Notes under the pieces: model-generated
The model's input: only the letters and a program-made list of their open reading frames with translations
The model's database searches: none
Told to the model about the DNA's origin: nothing
Assembly (NCBI GenBank): GCA_010405405.1
Contig: MU004233.1
Span: 819,122 to 883,121, forward strand
DNA length: 64,000 nucleotides
Direction of reading: 5' to 3'
Origin: Microthyrium microscopicum
Taxonomy: Eukaryota
Position numbers and translations under genes: made by a program
Shown here: positions 24,845 to 38,009 of the stretch, one piece after another
Numbering within the stretch: position 1 is the first letter of the stretch
How the letters are laid out: the number at the start of each line of letters is the position of its first letter

Positions 24845-25579
24845 TTAGGCGTATTGCTGCACTGATGCCTGGTATTGCATGCTCTGGCCATTCTCATTTT
24901 TGCTGCCATTTTGAACACTGGAAGTGAATGTGGCCCGGTGCCTGAACATGTTGATGGTATAAAGCGTGAAGGTAACACCAAACAGAATGCTTTACACAGT
25001 AAGTATGATGTCAAGAAACATGATCCAGGGCTACTTACAAGTTGACAACAGCAAGAGCAAGAGCAGCGTAAATGGTTGCAGAGAACGGATCGACGTATCG
25101 CTTAGCCAGGCTTCGCTTGTAATTCACGCAGTATCCAGCATAGCATATGGTGCCAGAGCTCGAGCCAGATGAGCCGCTACCGTAGCTACCACCAATATAG
25201 CCGGTATAGCTGTTGAGCAATGCAACTTTGGAGGCAATCAGAGCGAATGTGCATAGCCACATGATCAATACAAAGATTTCGACAGCAAAGATAGCCCAGA
25301 AGTTGTAGAGATTGGTGTTGCTCTGAGACACAAACCAATAGACTACCAGAATGATTGTCGCCAAACCGGCGAACAGTCCAAGACCACCCGCCTGTGTAAA
25401 GTCAGTCGCGATTCACGTGGTGAAGTGGTCCAGTGTCTTACGTCGTAAGCAGCATAAAGTGAAAGATGGTAGGCCGAAATGCCTAGAACTGCAACTCCGA
25501 GAATGAGCTGGACAATTCTTAGTGGCAGAAACACCTTCTGAACCGGCACCACCGAATAACCATTCTGAGGAGACGACAT
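24845..25579 (-). CDS. MARVEL-like four-TM membrane-associating domain protein
   Basis: Exons about 25579-25442, 25391-25039 and 24990-24845; LRIVQLILGVAVLGISAY, WAIFAVEIFVLIMWLCTFAL, four hydrophobic segments and a Gln-rich tail. Confidence 0.75.
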
Positions 25580-26947
25580 ATCTATGAAGAGTCTGGAAAA
25601 GGAGCTGGCGAAAAAGATCGAAGGATATGCTGTTCGCTACAAAATACAGAGCCCGCGACTCGTAAGGATAGATCTGGGGATTTTAGTATGAGAGCTAACG
25701 AGCGTTATATCTTCCATAAGAACGCGTTGAGCGGCACGGCTATGCCAGAACGGCCAAAACTACCATGGTGCCACCACCTGAAAGGAGACGCATAAAAATA
25801 CTAGGATCGATAAATCACAGGTCGAACGACACGGTTATCTCAAGACAAGGCGCTATTGCAAGAGATGCCGGTCAGTCATAGAAACGCCACGAAGCATACT
25901 GATAACGTATTATTGGACACAGTACGCCAACACCAAGTCTGAATCACGATATAGCAAATTTCCAAGAACTCAGCTGGAGCATCGTTATTGCCTCTCAAGA
26001 TACAACCGTTCAGTTGATCGCGAAGATTCTTGCCTTTAGCACCGACTTCAGACACGGGACAATGCGGCGTTTGCGCCAGATACAACGCCAACATTTTTGC
26101 AAGCGATATGCACAGTTGAATTGGCTGTTATCTCGTGTCTTTGAAGTCCTTTTCTGGCTCTGGACCAGGATAACTGCAAAGAGTAATGATAAGGGGCAAA
26201 GCTGTGGACCTTGAATTCGAATGTGTCGCTTTGACCTTGAACGTCTCTCACGGAACGCTCTTTTGAAATAGACCACATCTGGCTTCACAAGAATCTGGGT
26301 TCCAAAACATCATCTGAATTTGATATAAAAGCAAAGGGGATAACGCCAACATCAAATTTTTAACCTCTACAGCATCAGCCCAATATCATTCTGCCTTGTC
26401 TTAAGGTGCAATGTATGACAATTTCATTCCTCGGTTTTCCGGACTTCGCATTGTTTATTCGAGGCTATGAGGCAGGCTGAACGCCAAGTCTATGAGAAAA
26501 TGGCCAAGATCTGGGCAATCCATATGTGCTTGATCCAGAGCGGTTGAAGATCCATCTGATTGGGTTTCTGTTACTTTCCCCCTGAGAGATGCTAACATCA
26601 GTCGATAGAATTCGAACTTCGACGGTACAGCGACATGTTTTCTCCTACATCTTATGTTGTACTGATAGAACCTGAAGGCGCCCAGAAATAAATCTATAAA
26701 TATGCAACCAATGCTAATGTTCGCAGTGATCAAGCCAATTCCTTGGACATTTTGTCGGCAAAAGGGACCTCTTTCTGGACTGGTCCATGACTGATTCCGT
26801 CGTGTGGTTTCCTTGAGCAGAACTTCAGCCTGATGAGAATCGATTATTCATTTCTCAAGTATATTGAGTACGATCAGCCGATGCCTAATTCGATACATCA
26901 TCTTTGACCTTCTGATCTTCAACTTCTGCCTTAACGCGGCATATACA

Positions 26948-28839
26948 ATGCATTCAATCAAGTTCTTCAAGTTATTTGGTCTCATTAGTCTCACTGAGGC
27001 GCTGATCGTTCCTCGGGCTGCTGCTCCAGTATGCAAAGATTTGCGTGTTAGTGCAAACAATGGAGATCGGAAAGTTGCCTTGGTCATTGATAGTTCAGGA
27101 TCAATGGCATCTTCAGATCCCCTTAGATACAGAATTACTGCTGCAAAGGATGCACTCGACTTTCTGATCTCTAAAGCAGAAGCCACAGATGGCAAGAAGG
27201 AGGATGCCGTGGCGGTAATCCAATTTGACCAGACGGCAACCTTGGACTTCCCTCTCGGCGATCCAGGCACGGCTTCAAGCTCTATGGATGGTATTGATGC
27301 GGACGGCGGGACCTACATCGCAGGAGGCGTTGAGTTGGCTATTTCTCAGCTCACTGCCGACGGCACGGGAGAAACTTCTGGCAGAAGCGGTATCCTTGTT
27401 TTTACTGATGGAGAGGTAAGAACGAACAGCTACACTCATTTATAACCAATCTCTGACCCTGAAATTAGGATTCTGATACGACGGCTCTCGTTGATCAAAT
27501 CAACAAAGCCAAAGCTGCAGGAATTCGAGTCGCGTTTGGCTTCCTGGACTCTACATCTAGCCTTCAAGACCAAACGGTTCTATCTGCCATAATGAATTCT
27601 GGTGGACGATATTTCACTATTCCGGATTCTACGGATTCTAAGCAGTTTATCAACGGAATCATTGTCAATGGTCTCACTACCAATGATAACCCCAAAGGAG
27701 ACACGAACACACTCTTTAGTGGATTGGATGCTAGTCATTACATTTCCGGCTCCGAGACTCAAGCAATGACTTACATGGCACGAAACAAGGAACGACTGAC
27801 ATTCAAAGTTCAAAGCGTCAATGCTGGTAACCTCAATGCGCAAGTGGTTGTAGGTGGAAAGTCTGTGGCCACTAGCAAGATCACTGCTGGCAAGTATTCT
27901 TATGGCAGCAGCATGTCTTATGTAGCCACAAAAGACGGAGCCATTGACGTTAAAGTTGCTGCCACCAATGCCGTCAAAGATTCCATCTTCGTCGTGGGTG
28001 TTACAAGCAACTTGCCCCCTATCAACTGTACCGTCGCTGTTGGTGATCCACCCAAACCCCTCGCGACTTGGATTGGTGGCGGCATTGGTGGCTTTGCCGG
28101 AATAGCTTTCTTGGGCGGCTCTGCATATATGCTGTATAAGTATTATGGTGCCAAAACACTTGTCGGCCACGGATCCGTGACAACGACCAACGCGCCACCA
28201 GCCTACTCGGGAGCCGAAAAAGAGATTCCTGCAACGGTCGTCAAAGGGATTGAAGTTTCTTCAGCTCCAGCATTGTCATGGTTCAAGTTTCCAACACTAC
28301 CCCCTCCAGCAAAACCACCGGCAAAAACCAACAATCCTCAGCAGGAGAAAGAGCAAGATGAGCAAGATGATTCCATGACAGAAGATTCGGCATCAGACGT
28401 CTCAGAGGACGAAGATAATTCAGATCCCAGCCAAGACGCGAGCAACCAACCTACCGATCATCATAGGAGACCCAAACTCCGCCGCACGAAAACATATAGC
28501 AACAATCACCACCATCATCTACCTGTAGAACATCCATGCTATGTGGAAAATTGCGCTATCGCAACGCACACCTGTGAAGATACAAACCACGCTTGCACTT
28601 GCGTTGATCCGAAATGCAAACTGAACTCGCGCAAGCATAGGTGCAAAGACGAAATTTTATTTCACATATGTGAAGGGCCAGAGGGAACCCCCAACTGCCC
28701 TCTTGATGACCCTGAATACGCCAAGCTAAAGAAACAAGAACGAGATGAGTTTGTCAGGAAATATACTGCGCAAGATATTGCTAAAGCAGGTGCAAAGCAG
28801 ATCGCGAAGCAAGCTGTGAGAGCCGCTACTGGTATGTAA
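26948..28839 (+). CDS. Type-I membrane protein: signal peptide, vWA (MIDAS) domain, beta-rich domain, TM helix, Cys/His-rich cytoplasmic tail
   Basis: Signal MHSIKFFKLFGLISLTEA; VIDSSGSM, GGTYI and VFTDGE MIDAS motifs; intron 27416-27468; TM WIGGGIGGFAGIAFLGGSAYMLY followed by KYY. Confidence 0.85.
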
Positions 28840-29277
28840 TGTCGTGCGTTGAGGACTTGATATCGGCAAAAACTGCGCGAAAGTCATGAGATTGCAATGT
28901 GGTATGTCTATAGGTAAATACTTAGGTAGTTATATACCCAAGAGTAATTCTAAGACAAGAAAATTGAGTTCCGTATCGCTCTCATTATGGGACATTACCG
29001 TCAAGACTGATGATGAGTCTCTTCAATATTTCGAAAGTTCTAAGGAAAACGCCTTCGGCTTTCCTAAACCGCTGGTACAAAGTGTTTTTTTGAGGAACAC
29101 TTGGAACACTACTGATTCATGGTGTACTCGCTTATTCAATATTGATGGGTCCCAGGTTAAGCCCTGCATTCCACCAGACACGGTGTCAAGGAGGAGCTGC
29201 TGCATCTGCCCCGTTTTTACCACCCTTCCAAGATTGTTGAAAAGACTAAATCACTAAACTATTCAGCATATGTAATA

Positions 29278-30420
29278 ATGAGAGGCTTGAGTCTTGTCAA
29301 CAGTCTTTTGACCTGGTCTTTACCTAAACTTGAGAAACGAGGACCCATATCGGCATGCAACAACTCTCCTCACCTATGCAGTCGTTCATATGGAAACATT
29401 ACTCACTTAGGAGCTCATGATTCCCCATTTGTTTCCAACGAAGCCAACAAATTTAACATCGGTGGTAACCAGTTCTGGAATAGCACCATCCAGCTTGACG
29501 CTGGCGTACGGTTACTATCAGGCCAAGTTCATCCCTCGCCTTCAGAAGGACCTTCGGTGCTGCGTGTTTGCCATACGTCCTGTGCTATTTATGATGGCGG
29601 ACTTTTGACAGACTGGTTGGCTTCCATTTCAAGATGGCTCGATCGTAATGCCAACGAAGTTGTCACACTGTTACTTGTGAATGGCGGAGGCATAGAAGCA
29701 ACTATACTGGACAGCGCGTACAAAAACTCTGGAATAGCCAAATACACCTTCACCCCTAGCTTTACCTCTGCGCCAGTGCTATCATCCTGGCCAGATCTAA
29801 ATTCCTTCGTTTCTTCAAATAAGCGATTGATCACTTTCGTCGATTCGCTTCCATCTGGTAACACAGGAGCATCTTATCTACTACCGGAGTTCTCATATAT
29901 CTTTGAGAATGCGTATGAAATTACTTCACCTACCGGGTTTACTTGTGCGCCAGCTAGACCGCCGACTATTTCCACTACAGCCCAAGCTCAATCATCGAAC
30001 ATGATGTTTCTACAAAACCATTTTCTAGGCACTGCTTTAGGCGCTGGAATCGTCATACCAAATATGAACGCTAGTAGCAACACGAACGGACCTGATGCCA
30101 ACGTTACTGGTAGCCTAGGTGCTGCCGCAAAAGAGTGCCAGATGATTTACAACAAAGCGCCGAACTTTTTGCTCGTTGACTGGTTTGACCACGGACCAGC
30201 AATTACCACAGTAGACAGATTAAATGGAGTTACTGGCAGCATAACTGGACGTAGCGGGCCTGCAGCTAGTGGTAGTACACCGAGTGGAAGTGTTCAAAGT
30301 ACTAATGGGACATCTACTACTGGTAGTACTGGCTCTGTGAAAGGTACTGCCAACATGTTGTCTTTGAACATTGGCTTGATGTCGGTTTTCTTGATTATTT
30401 CTTCTATACATGCGATTTGA
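29278..30420 (+). CDS. PLC-like phosphodiesterase, secreted/GPI-anchored
   Basis: CNNSPHLCSRSY, LGAHDS, QLDAGVRLL, CHTSC, WLD.N.NEVVTLLLVN, PNFLLVDWF; Ser/Thr-rich stalk and hydrophobic C-terminus. Confidence 0.88.
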   Translation: MRGLSLVNSLLTWSLPKLEKRGPISACNNSPHLCSRSYGNITHLGAHDSPFVSNEANKFNIGGNQFWNSTIQLDAGVRLLSGQVHPSPSEGPSVLRVCHTSCAIYDGGLLTDWLASISRWLDRNANEVVTLLLVNGGGIEATILDSAYKNSGIAKYTFTPSFTSAPVLSSWPDLNSFVSSNKRLITFVDSLPSGNTGASYLLPEFSYIFENAYEITSPTGFTCAPARPPTISTTAQAQSSNMMFLQNHFLGTALGAGIVIPNMNASSNTNGPDANVTGSLGAAAKECQMIYNKAPNFLLVDWFDHGPAITTVDRLNGVTGSITGRSGPAASGSTPSGSVQSTNGTSTTGSTGSVKGTANMLSLNIGLMSVFLIISSIHAI

Positions 30421-31482
30421 TCATTCGGCCGCTGATCAGAAATAAAATATCAATTCTGACTGTTGTATGCAGGTTCCTAACCTAGAATCAGTATCAACTA
30501 TTCAGCAGCTACATACATTACCTGCTTTGAAAGCTTCAAGTTCAAGAAGAGGCAAAAACCTCAATCATGCTAGCCCAAGATGATAATATGCCCTCGTTAC
30601 TTATGCTATTATTACGCGGCTCAAGCTCTACAACATTGCTTCTGTGTATCATCAGGGCTCGCAGCATCGATCTGTTCCTGCGTTAGGTTAGTCAAAATAC
30701 AAATGGGGCAAACCTGGTCGTAACACTATTACAAAGAGTTATATTAATTTTGAGAAACTCTCATCAATCTCAGATTAAAAGCTACTTATACCACTTGACG
30801 CCGGGAACAACACAGATTGCCACGCAATCTGGCATATCGCTTGGCATTTGGTCCGGTAGATCTGGTTGACCGCTATGGTGCTAGGATGATTGCAACATAT
30901 TCAATGTGGCGGTTGATAGTAATGATCTAGAACTGATCTCTGATCTTGGTATAGGCATTTTATTCCTATACTTGGGTATGATTTGAAGGGGTGAAATCGA
31001 GGGATGTACGACATCTGAGCCCCTATAGTGCCCATATTCAGGGCTCTGTGGGTGCCTTTACTTGACGGGCACGGTTTCCTGGTGGTCTAGTGGTCTGGCG
31101 CTACCTTTCCACGGCGTTATAAGATAGAATAGTCTCTCTCGAGCTGCATTCCATAGGAATATTTAGCTTACGTTGAAGATCAAGCTCCACGTCAAGTAAC
31201 GCTGTTTCGTCGAACGCAAAGTCCAAGTCAAGGGGCGTGAGAGTTTAATCTGTGAGTGTTCACCACGTACTACTGTTTTTATCTCTTATATTGACTTAAG
31301 GAAAGACGAATTTGAGTAGTCTGCAGGGTCATATAACGACCCGTTCACCGTTGCGTGGTATAGATATTGACGGTACCCTCAGTACTAGTTCTCCCAAGCA
31401 TCCGTCATAACCCACCTTCTTTATCAACGTCCTGCAAGAGACAAGGCTACATCTTTTCTGGTGTACTAGTAAATATTCAGCC

Positions 31483-34174
31483 ATGTCGTTCTCAGAGAAG
31501 GACCTCACCGCACCATTATGGGTTGAGGAAGACCCAGAGATGACATATGTCAGGCCAAGAAGAAGAAATACTCCTGCTTGGGTCAAGCTGGCACTGGGTG
31601 GAAGTATCGCAACACTCCTGCTATTTCTTGTATACACAAAGTCTCCAGGTATGCGTTTGTTTGTGATGAAAATAGAACCAAGCTGACAGTATTCTAGTAC
31701 ATGTCAGAAACTGCATCCATCACATCTCCAAGCACTCTCCTATGGTAGAGCGCTTGTCGACAAAGGTTCACACGCTAGCAAAGCATGAAGCATCACCTAT
31801 AAGTGCAGAGACTTCGCAGCGGATAGCTCCTCGCCACGTGAGTTTCAACGGTGAGAGTGCAGAGACTTGTACATCAGACAAGTGCAAACAGTGGGCGGAC
31901 CTTGTCAGGACCAATCTTGCGCCAAACTACACTGCTATTGATCCATGCGAGGATTTTAGCGCATATGCCTGTGATGGTTGGAGAGCTCATCATGACTATC
32001 GAGCCGATCAAGCTAGTAAGTCTGACTTATTCTTATGGCGCGTTCATTTCTAACAACCCGTTAGGTATCTCGATCGGATCAATCATGTCAGATACTAACC
32101 GAAACATTCTCCACTCTATCTTGACAAATCCTTATCCCGTAAACTCGAGCCTGTCAGGGGATAAACTGAAGTACGACAAAGCAAACTTTGATAAGATGAA
32201 GGCAGCATACGACACTTGTATGAACGAGGACAAAATCAAGGAATATGGAGTAGCGCCCTTGGTCAAGATCCTGAATGAGTTTGACAAAGTATATCCGGTG
32301 AAGGGTCCAAATCCAACCAAAGACAACAAGGAAGAGTTGACCAATGCGTTAATTTGGCTTGCAAATAATGATGTGTCTGGTTTGGTAAGCTCTGGTAATG
32401 GTGTAAGTTCGCAACAATCCTAATGTTTTGCAAGATTCGTAACCGTCGAAAGGCCGATGATAGCAACCCCGATGTTGTTATTATATCGCTTGGTGGTGGA
32501 GAGACCAACTTCGCAAAGCAGTATTACAACAACACCAAAGTCATGGCCAATTATACCCGAGTCATCTCGCAGATGCAACAAGTTGTCGATAGCGGAAAGC
32601 CAATCTTCGAGATTCAAACCCCAGCGGGTAACAACAAAGCTTTCGACACTTTTGCCGCCACTGTGGTCAACTTTGAGAAGGTCATATCGGCGGCTCTTCC
32701 AGATCCTGACGCAGCTAGCGAAGTCAAGGTAAGCTATGTTGGTACTTGATAAAATTGCTGCAGCTGACTTGATATAGTACTATTATCGGCCACGAACAAT
32801 CGATCAGATCCAGCCTATGGTTCCTCAGATCGATTTGATAAAGTATTTGCAAGCTCAGGCGCCAAAGGAGTATCCAATCACTGGCAACCGAACCGTTATC
32901 ATGTCCGACGAGAACTATTACAAGGCCTTGTCCGGTATCATAGAAAAGGCTCCACGAGAGACTCTTCACTCTTACTTCAGACAGAGACTTCTCGCCACCT
33001 GGTCTGGAAGACTCCATCAGAATTACACGTTGCCACTCCGACAGCTCAGAAACGAAATGGCAGGTAAAGATCCAAACAACGTCCCAGAGCGTTGGAGAGG
33101 TTGTGTAGGCGAGATCGATAGCACCTTTGGTCTTGCTCTATCAGCCGCGTTTATTGAGCGAGCATTCACCACTGCGGATAAGGAATTTGGTGACCGTATT
33201 ATCATGGATATCAAGAAGTTCTTCGCAGCCCGCCTTAAGTCATTTAATTGGATGTCCGAAAGTGTCAAAGAGCAAGCTGCCAAGAAAGGTATATTCAACC
33301 ACCCAATTTTGCGAAAGAATGACACTGACCACGCATAGTTGTTAACATCATGCAAAAGGTTGGCTATCAAACTTCCAATCCCAATGTGGCCGAGCCCAAA
33401 GAAGTCAATGATTGGTATTCCAAGCTTGCAATTGGAAGCAACACTAGCTGGTTCGAAAACGGCCGTCTGGGTCTCCAATGGGGTATGGAAAAAAGCCGGG
33501 CATCTCTCTTGAAGCCAGTCGACCGCGCTCGATGGGGAATGTCTGCCCCAACAGTGAATGCCTACTACAGTCCATCCGGTAACGAGATTGTCTTCCCAGC
33601 TGGGATTATGCAGTTCCCCGTCTTTGGCTCTGCATTGCCCGAGTACGTCAGTTACGGCAGTTTCGGAGCTGTCGCTGGTCATGAATTGACTCATGGCTTT
33701 GACGACCACGGTTCGGAGTTTGACGAGCATGGTGTCTTGCGTAACTGGTGGGACAACACCACGCGTACCAACTTTGAGAAGAAAACACAATGCTTCGTGA
33801 AACAATACGGCGACTATACCGTACCTGGACTAGACGGCCAACCACTCCATGTGAATGGTAAACTCACCTTGGGTGAGAATATTGCAGACGCCGGCGGTTT
33901 GACTGCTGCTTACGCGGCGTGGAAGAAACGCGATACCGATAAGCCAGACCCTATGCTTCCCGGTCTTGAAAGCTTCAACAAAGATCAACTGTTCTTCCTC
34001 TCATATGCCACTTGGTGGTGTGGCAAAGTCCGGCCAGCGCAAGCGGTGAACTACATTTACACAGACGCACATAGTCCTTCGGATAAACGGATTATTGGTA
34101 CGACGGCCAATTCGAAGGCTTTCAAGGAAGCTTTCAATTGCAAGAAGAAGGAGCCTACTTGCGAGCTTTGGTAG
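31483..34174 (+). CDS. M13 family zinc metallopeptidase (neprilysin / endothelin-converting-enzyme-like), type-II membrane
   Basis: Six exons (introns about 31649-31697, 32016-32064, 32403-32451, 32729-32777, 33289-33338); N-terminal TM, DPCEDF..YAC.GW, VNAYY, GHELTHGFD, GENIAD.GG, HSP, C-terminal CELW. Confidence 0.93.
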
Positions 34175-34330
34175 TGGTAGTCTCATTAGTCTAGAGAACC
34201 AGATCTTTCAGTAACGTAGATTGGTTTTTGCGAGTGCGGGTTGTCGTGAACACTTTCAAGGGCCAAATGGCTTCAGAAATTTGAGTTATGTGTATCATTT
34301 GTGAACGTGTCGGTTGAAATGTGATGGAAA

Positions 34331-36160
34331 TCATGGTCCATATTTATCCCAAAAGGCTCTCTGAACCGCGTCGGAGACATCTCGTGGATCGTAAGTTTTC
34401 GCTTTGCCTTGTTTTCCAAGTTCCTTCATGACTAGCCCCACAAAAAAGTAGACCTTCTTTACTTCTTTCTTGACCAGAATATCATTGACCATTTTCTGGT
34501 TGACCTCGAACACTTGCGCAGAAACAGGTCCTACGACATCATCAATGAGATCTGTCGAATCTGTACCAGGACTGTCTTCATCCGTTTGCAACGATCGAAG
34601 TAGGTTTTCTTTCTCTGCCAACTCTGAAACTGAAAGTGATGCTCCGTCCTCAGTCTCGAATATTTTGGCTAGCAGTACTCTTGCCGCGGAATTGTGTATC
34701 CGTTTGGTATGCAGCAAGTGTACTAACGATGCTAATTGGAGTGCCGGAATGAGTTCTGGAGACCACTGAGGTTCCAAGTCTATCTTTGTCATTAAAGCTG
34801 GTATTTCATGAACGGTGAAGTTGGCAATCAATCTCCCAACGCGTGCCGTCATGTCTGTGGAGCCTAGAAGATCCTCAGTACGGGCTACAGCGTCAAAGAA
34901 ATATTCCAGACGTTCACCATCTCCCATGTTGCACAGTGTGCGTGCGTCTTTTTCTGTCACACCGTACCCATCGACAAGTTTGGCGACCAAAGTATCCGCA
35001 GGCAAGGGTATTGTTGCTTGAAGTTGTTGGATGAGTTGCTGGGAGATAATAAGTGGCGGCAGGTCCGGATCAGGCATATATCTGTAATCGACTTCACCTT
35101 CCTTCTTGCGAAGACTGTAGGTTTCGGTACCACCAACAGTCCATCCGCGAGTTTCACCTTCAATCGTTCCCCCAGACTCTAAGATGGCGATTTGACGATC
35201 CCGTTCTGCCTTTACAGCGTCCTCGACAGCTTTCAAGCTACTGAGGTTTTTTATTTCGGTGCGTTGGCCTAGTCGAGTATCCTCCGGGGCCAGGTCTGAT
35301 CGCTTGCGAACAGAAACATTCACATCGGCTCTCAGTCCGCCAGTCTCCATCCCAGCAGTGACTGCGCCCACGCTTTTTAGCAGCGCCTGTACCTTTCGTA
35401 CGTACGCTGCTGCTGTCGCCGGACTGTGAATGTCAGGGCGCGAGATTATCTCAATGAGAGGATGGGAGACGCGGTTGAAATCAAGCAAAGTTGAGTCGCC
35501 ACTAACGACAAGACTTTTGGCGGTGTCTTGCTCTAGCTGAACGCGCTCGATCCCAATATCGACACTATCACCATCTTGCCTCGAAATTCCGTCAGCCTCT
35601 CCCAAAGTCAATGTTCCATTTTTGGCAAATGGCTGATAAAATTGTGTGATCTGATAGCCGGCCGGCTGATCCTGATAGAAGTAATGTTTTCGGTCAAATG
35701 TGCTTTCACGCTGAATAGTGCAGTCCAGAGCCAATGCAGCGCGAAGAGCTGGAAGTACCGTTCCAATCTGAAAAATGGGCTGAGCCCCCGGATAGGCTAG
35801 ATCATGTAGGGAGACATTTGTGTTTGGCTTAGAACCTGAATTGGTGGGTGCTGATGAAAACAATTTGCGCGCTGTATCGAGCTCTGCATGAATCTCAATG
35901 CCGACTGTCAATTCCCACGCTTTTCCCATGGCATCGTGGTCGTCATATTTAGAATTCTTCTTCTTTGCTGCTTTTTTTTGCTTCAATTGATCCTTGAGTT
36001 GTTGGCGAATTGGAACATTATCAGGGGCCTCTTGAGGGTCGTCCTGGAAAGTCCGCAGGCTGGATTGCCTGCGGCATCGTTGGACATGTAGATTCCATTT
36101 CGTGCTCAAGGTGATGGGTCTGACTGGCTTGAACAGGCTTCCAGTTGGCCGCCAGCTCAT
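34331..36160 (-). CDS. PET112: Mitochondrial glutamyl-tRNA(Gln) amidotransferase subunit B (GatB)
   Basis: VGIEIHAEL, FDRKHYFYQDQPAGYQITQ, QLEQDTAK, LRADVNVS, RTEIKNL, DYRYMPDPDLPP; Arg-rich presequence from MSWRPTG. Confidence 0.94.
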   Translation of the reverse strand: MSWRPTGSLFKPVRPITLSTKWNLHVQRCRRQSSLRTFQDDPQEAPDNVPIRQQLKDQLKQKKAAKKKNSKYDDHDAMGKAWELTVGIEIHAELDTARKLFSSAPTNSGSKPNTNVSLHDLAYPGAQPIFQIGTVLPALRAALALDCTIQRESTFDRKHYFYQDQPAGYQITQFYQPFAKNGTLTLGEADGISRQDGDSVDIGIERVQLEQDTAKSLVVSGDSTLLDFNRVSHPLIEIISRPDIHSPATAAAYVRKVQALLKSVGAVTAGMETGGLRADVNVSVRKRSDLAPEDTRLGQRTEIKNLSSLKAVEDAVKAERDRQIAILESGGTIEGETRGWTVGGTETYSLRKKEGEVDYRYMPDPDLPPLIISQQLIQQLQATIPLPADTLVAKLVDGYGVTEKDARTLCNMGDGERLEYFFDAVARTEDLLGSTDMTARVGRLIANFTVHEIPALMTKIDLEPQWSPELIPALQLASLVHLLHTKRIHNSAARVLLAKIFETEDGASLSVSELAEKENLLRSLQTDEDSPGTDSTDLIDDVVGPVSAQVFEVNQKMVNDILVKKEVKKVYFFVGLVMKELGKQGKAKTYDPRDVSDAVQRAFWDKYGP

Positions 36161-37020
36161 GACGTCTTGACGATGGACATGTTGATAGTAGACGACTTCG
36201 CGAAACAATCTTTGGAACGCGCAGAACTGCAATGGCCCGTGCATTTGCGGCTCAATTGTCGCCAAGCCTCGTGGCCCACTTTAGACAAGGCTGAACTTCA
36301 GCCTTGTGCCATCTATACGGTGGACCGTTATTGACTATAATCAAACCGATATTAATATCTACGATCCTGCCAATTTTGTGTTCGTCATCACAAGTTCATT
36401 CGCTCCGAACAGCTCGTGTATAAATGTTTTTCCATTCATCGATGCATGCGCTTTGGATGCCTCAGATCATCTTTGAATGACAGGCGACATGCCCAAGTCT
36501 TCCTTTACCAGACAAACTTTGACCTTCAAGATGCAATTACGACGTGAAGAAGAAGAAGTGCCGGGAGACTCTTTCGATGTTATCCCGGTCTTAATAGAGC
36601 CTCAAACCTGCTATGATGGCCCTTGCACGGCCTTGCATACCTGGCAATCTGTCACCACACATGCAGGAACCAATCTTTGACAATATCGAGTTTCATAAGT
36701 GGTGATTTCTAGAACCCGTGATTGGCTTTTCCTTGCAAAATTCCCAAAGCTCGCTGTCCAAGTAAATTCAACCTCAATTTCCCGGACAGCTTTGCCCAGT
36801 AGTAGCAAGGCGGCTCCAACAAATATATTCTTTTAGATGCACCGTTCCAACATGACGACTGGCTCCACCAGTTCGGTAAATCAGGCACATCTTTTCGTTC
36901 TATTTGCGTCCCAAATATAAGACATTTCCTGGCCGCTCTGGAGCTCAAATATTCCTCGCCGCAAAGCTTATCATCGTACCAGGCAGCTTTCATTGGGTCG
37001 CTCATCAATCTTGCAGCAAA

Positions 37021-37632
37021 ATGCTGTCTCTGCCAATCTCCCTCCTAGCCTTGTTTATAGCTGTACTACCCAGCTTAATAAGAGCCCTTCCTACTGTCAG
37101 CGATATAAACTCTAATCAGACGTATGGCTATTCAACTCAGTATTTGAACCAACTGACCTATCGCAAGGGCGTTACATACCTTCTACGTCAACAAACACAA
37201 CGACTACCGAGCGCGACACGGTGTACCTCCTCTAGAATTCGACGTAAACCTAGTCAACTACGCCTACGAGCACGCCAGCAGATGCAGATTTGAGCACAGC
37301 AATGGGCCTTTTGGCGAGAACCTAGCACTCGGCTACAGCTCGCTGGACAGTGCAATCAACGACTGGTATAGGGAGATTCGCAAGTAAGCTACCTATCCAT
37401 CAACAAGAATACCAGCGCTTGGACTTGTGTCTAATTGATATGCAGTTATAATTATGGCAATCCTGGCTTTGCGATGAATACAGGCCATTTCACACAAGTG
37501 ATCTGGCGGAATTCGAGACGGATAGGATGTGCGGTGGTGAACTGTGGACAAGGTCCTTTGCTGACTTGCGAATATGATCCTCCGGGGAATTATCTGGGCA
37601 TGTTCAGAGACAATGTTCCGCCTGCCTTTTAG
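37021..37632 (+). CDS. Secreted CAP/PR-1 (SCP) family protein
   Basis: Signal peptide; middle exon (not in the ORF track as one frame) HNDYRARHGVPPL..D..L..YA..HA..C.FEHS...GENLA...WY.E; last exon GHFTQVIW...IGCA...CEYDPPGN. Confidence 0.9.
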
Positions 37633-38009
37633 ATGTTACTTGAATGAAATGATTAGACGATCTTTTGAGGAAAGTGGACTCGTGGGCAAGATTGCTGGCG
37701 TGCTCTAATAGTCAGAGTCGTTCACCACTCACAGCGCCTGGTTCCAACCGCATGAAAGCCGATACACCGAACAAAAACCTGGAGCGTGTCAAAAGTCTGT
37801 CGAGGAATTACCCTTGGTTCTGTGCTCGTACGAAAAATGGCACCGCGTCAGTCTGATGATTGGGTGCGATCACAAGTGCTGGTCGGAGTTGGATGTAACA
37901 CGAATGTATGCGGTCTAGGGAAGAGTACTAAAGGGGCATTGATTAGAAAAAAGTGCGAACTTCTAGGTTAGTTGCTAGGGGTATATCGTGGTAGGTCACT
38001 GAACGCTCA

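Noticed and set aside
25800..26750. Short ORFs between the MARVEL and vWA genes
   Set aside because: Frequent stops and no recognisable domain; a relic cannot be supported
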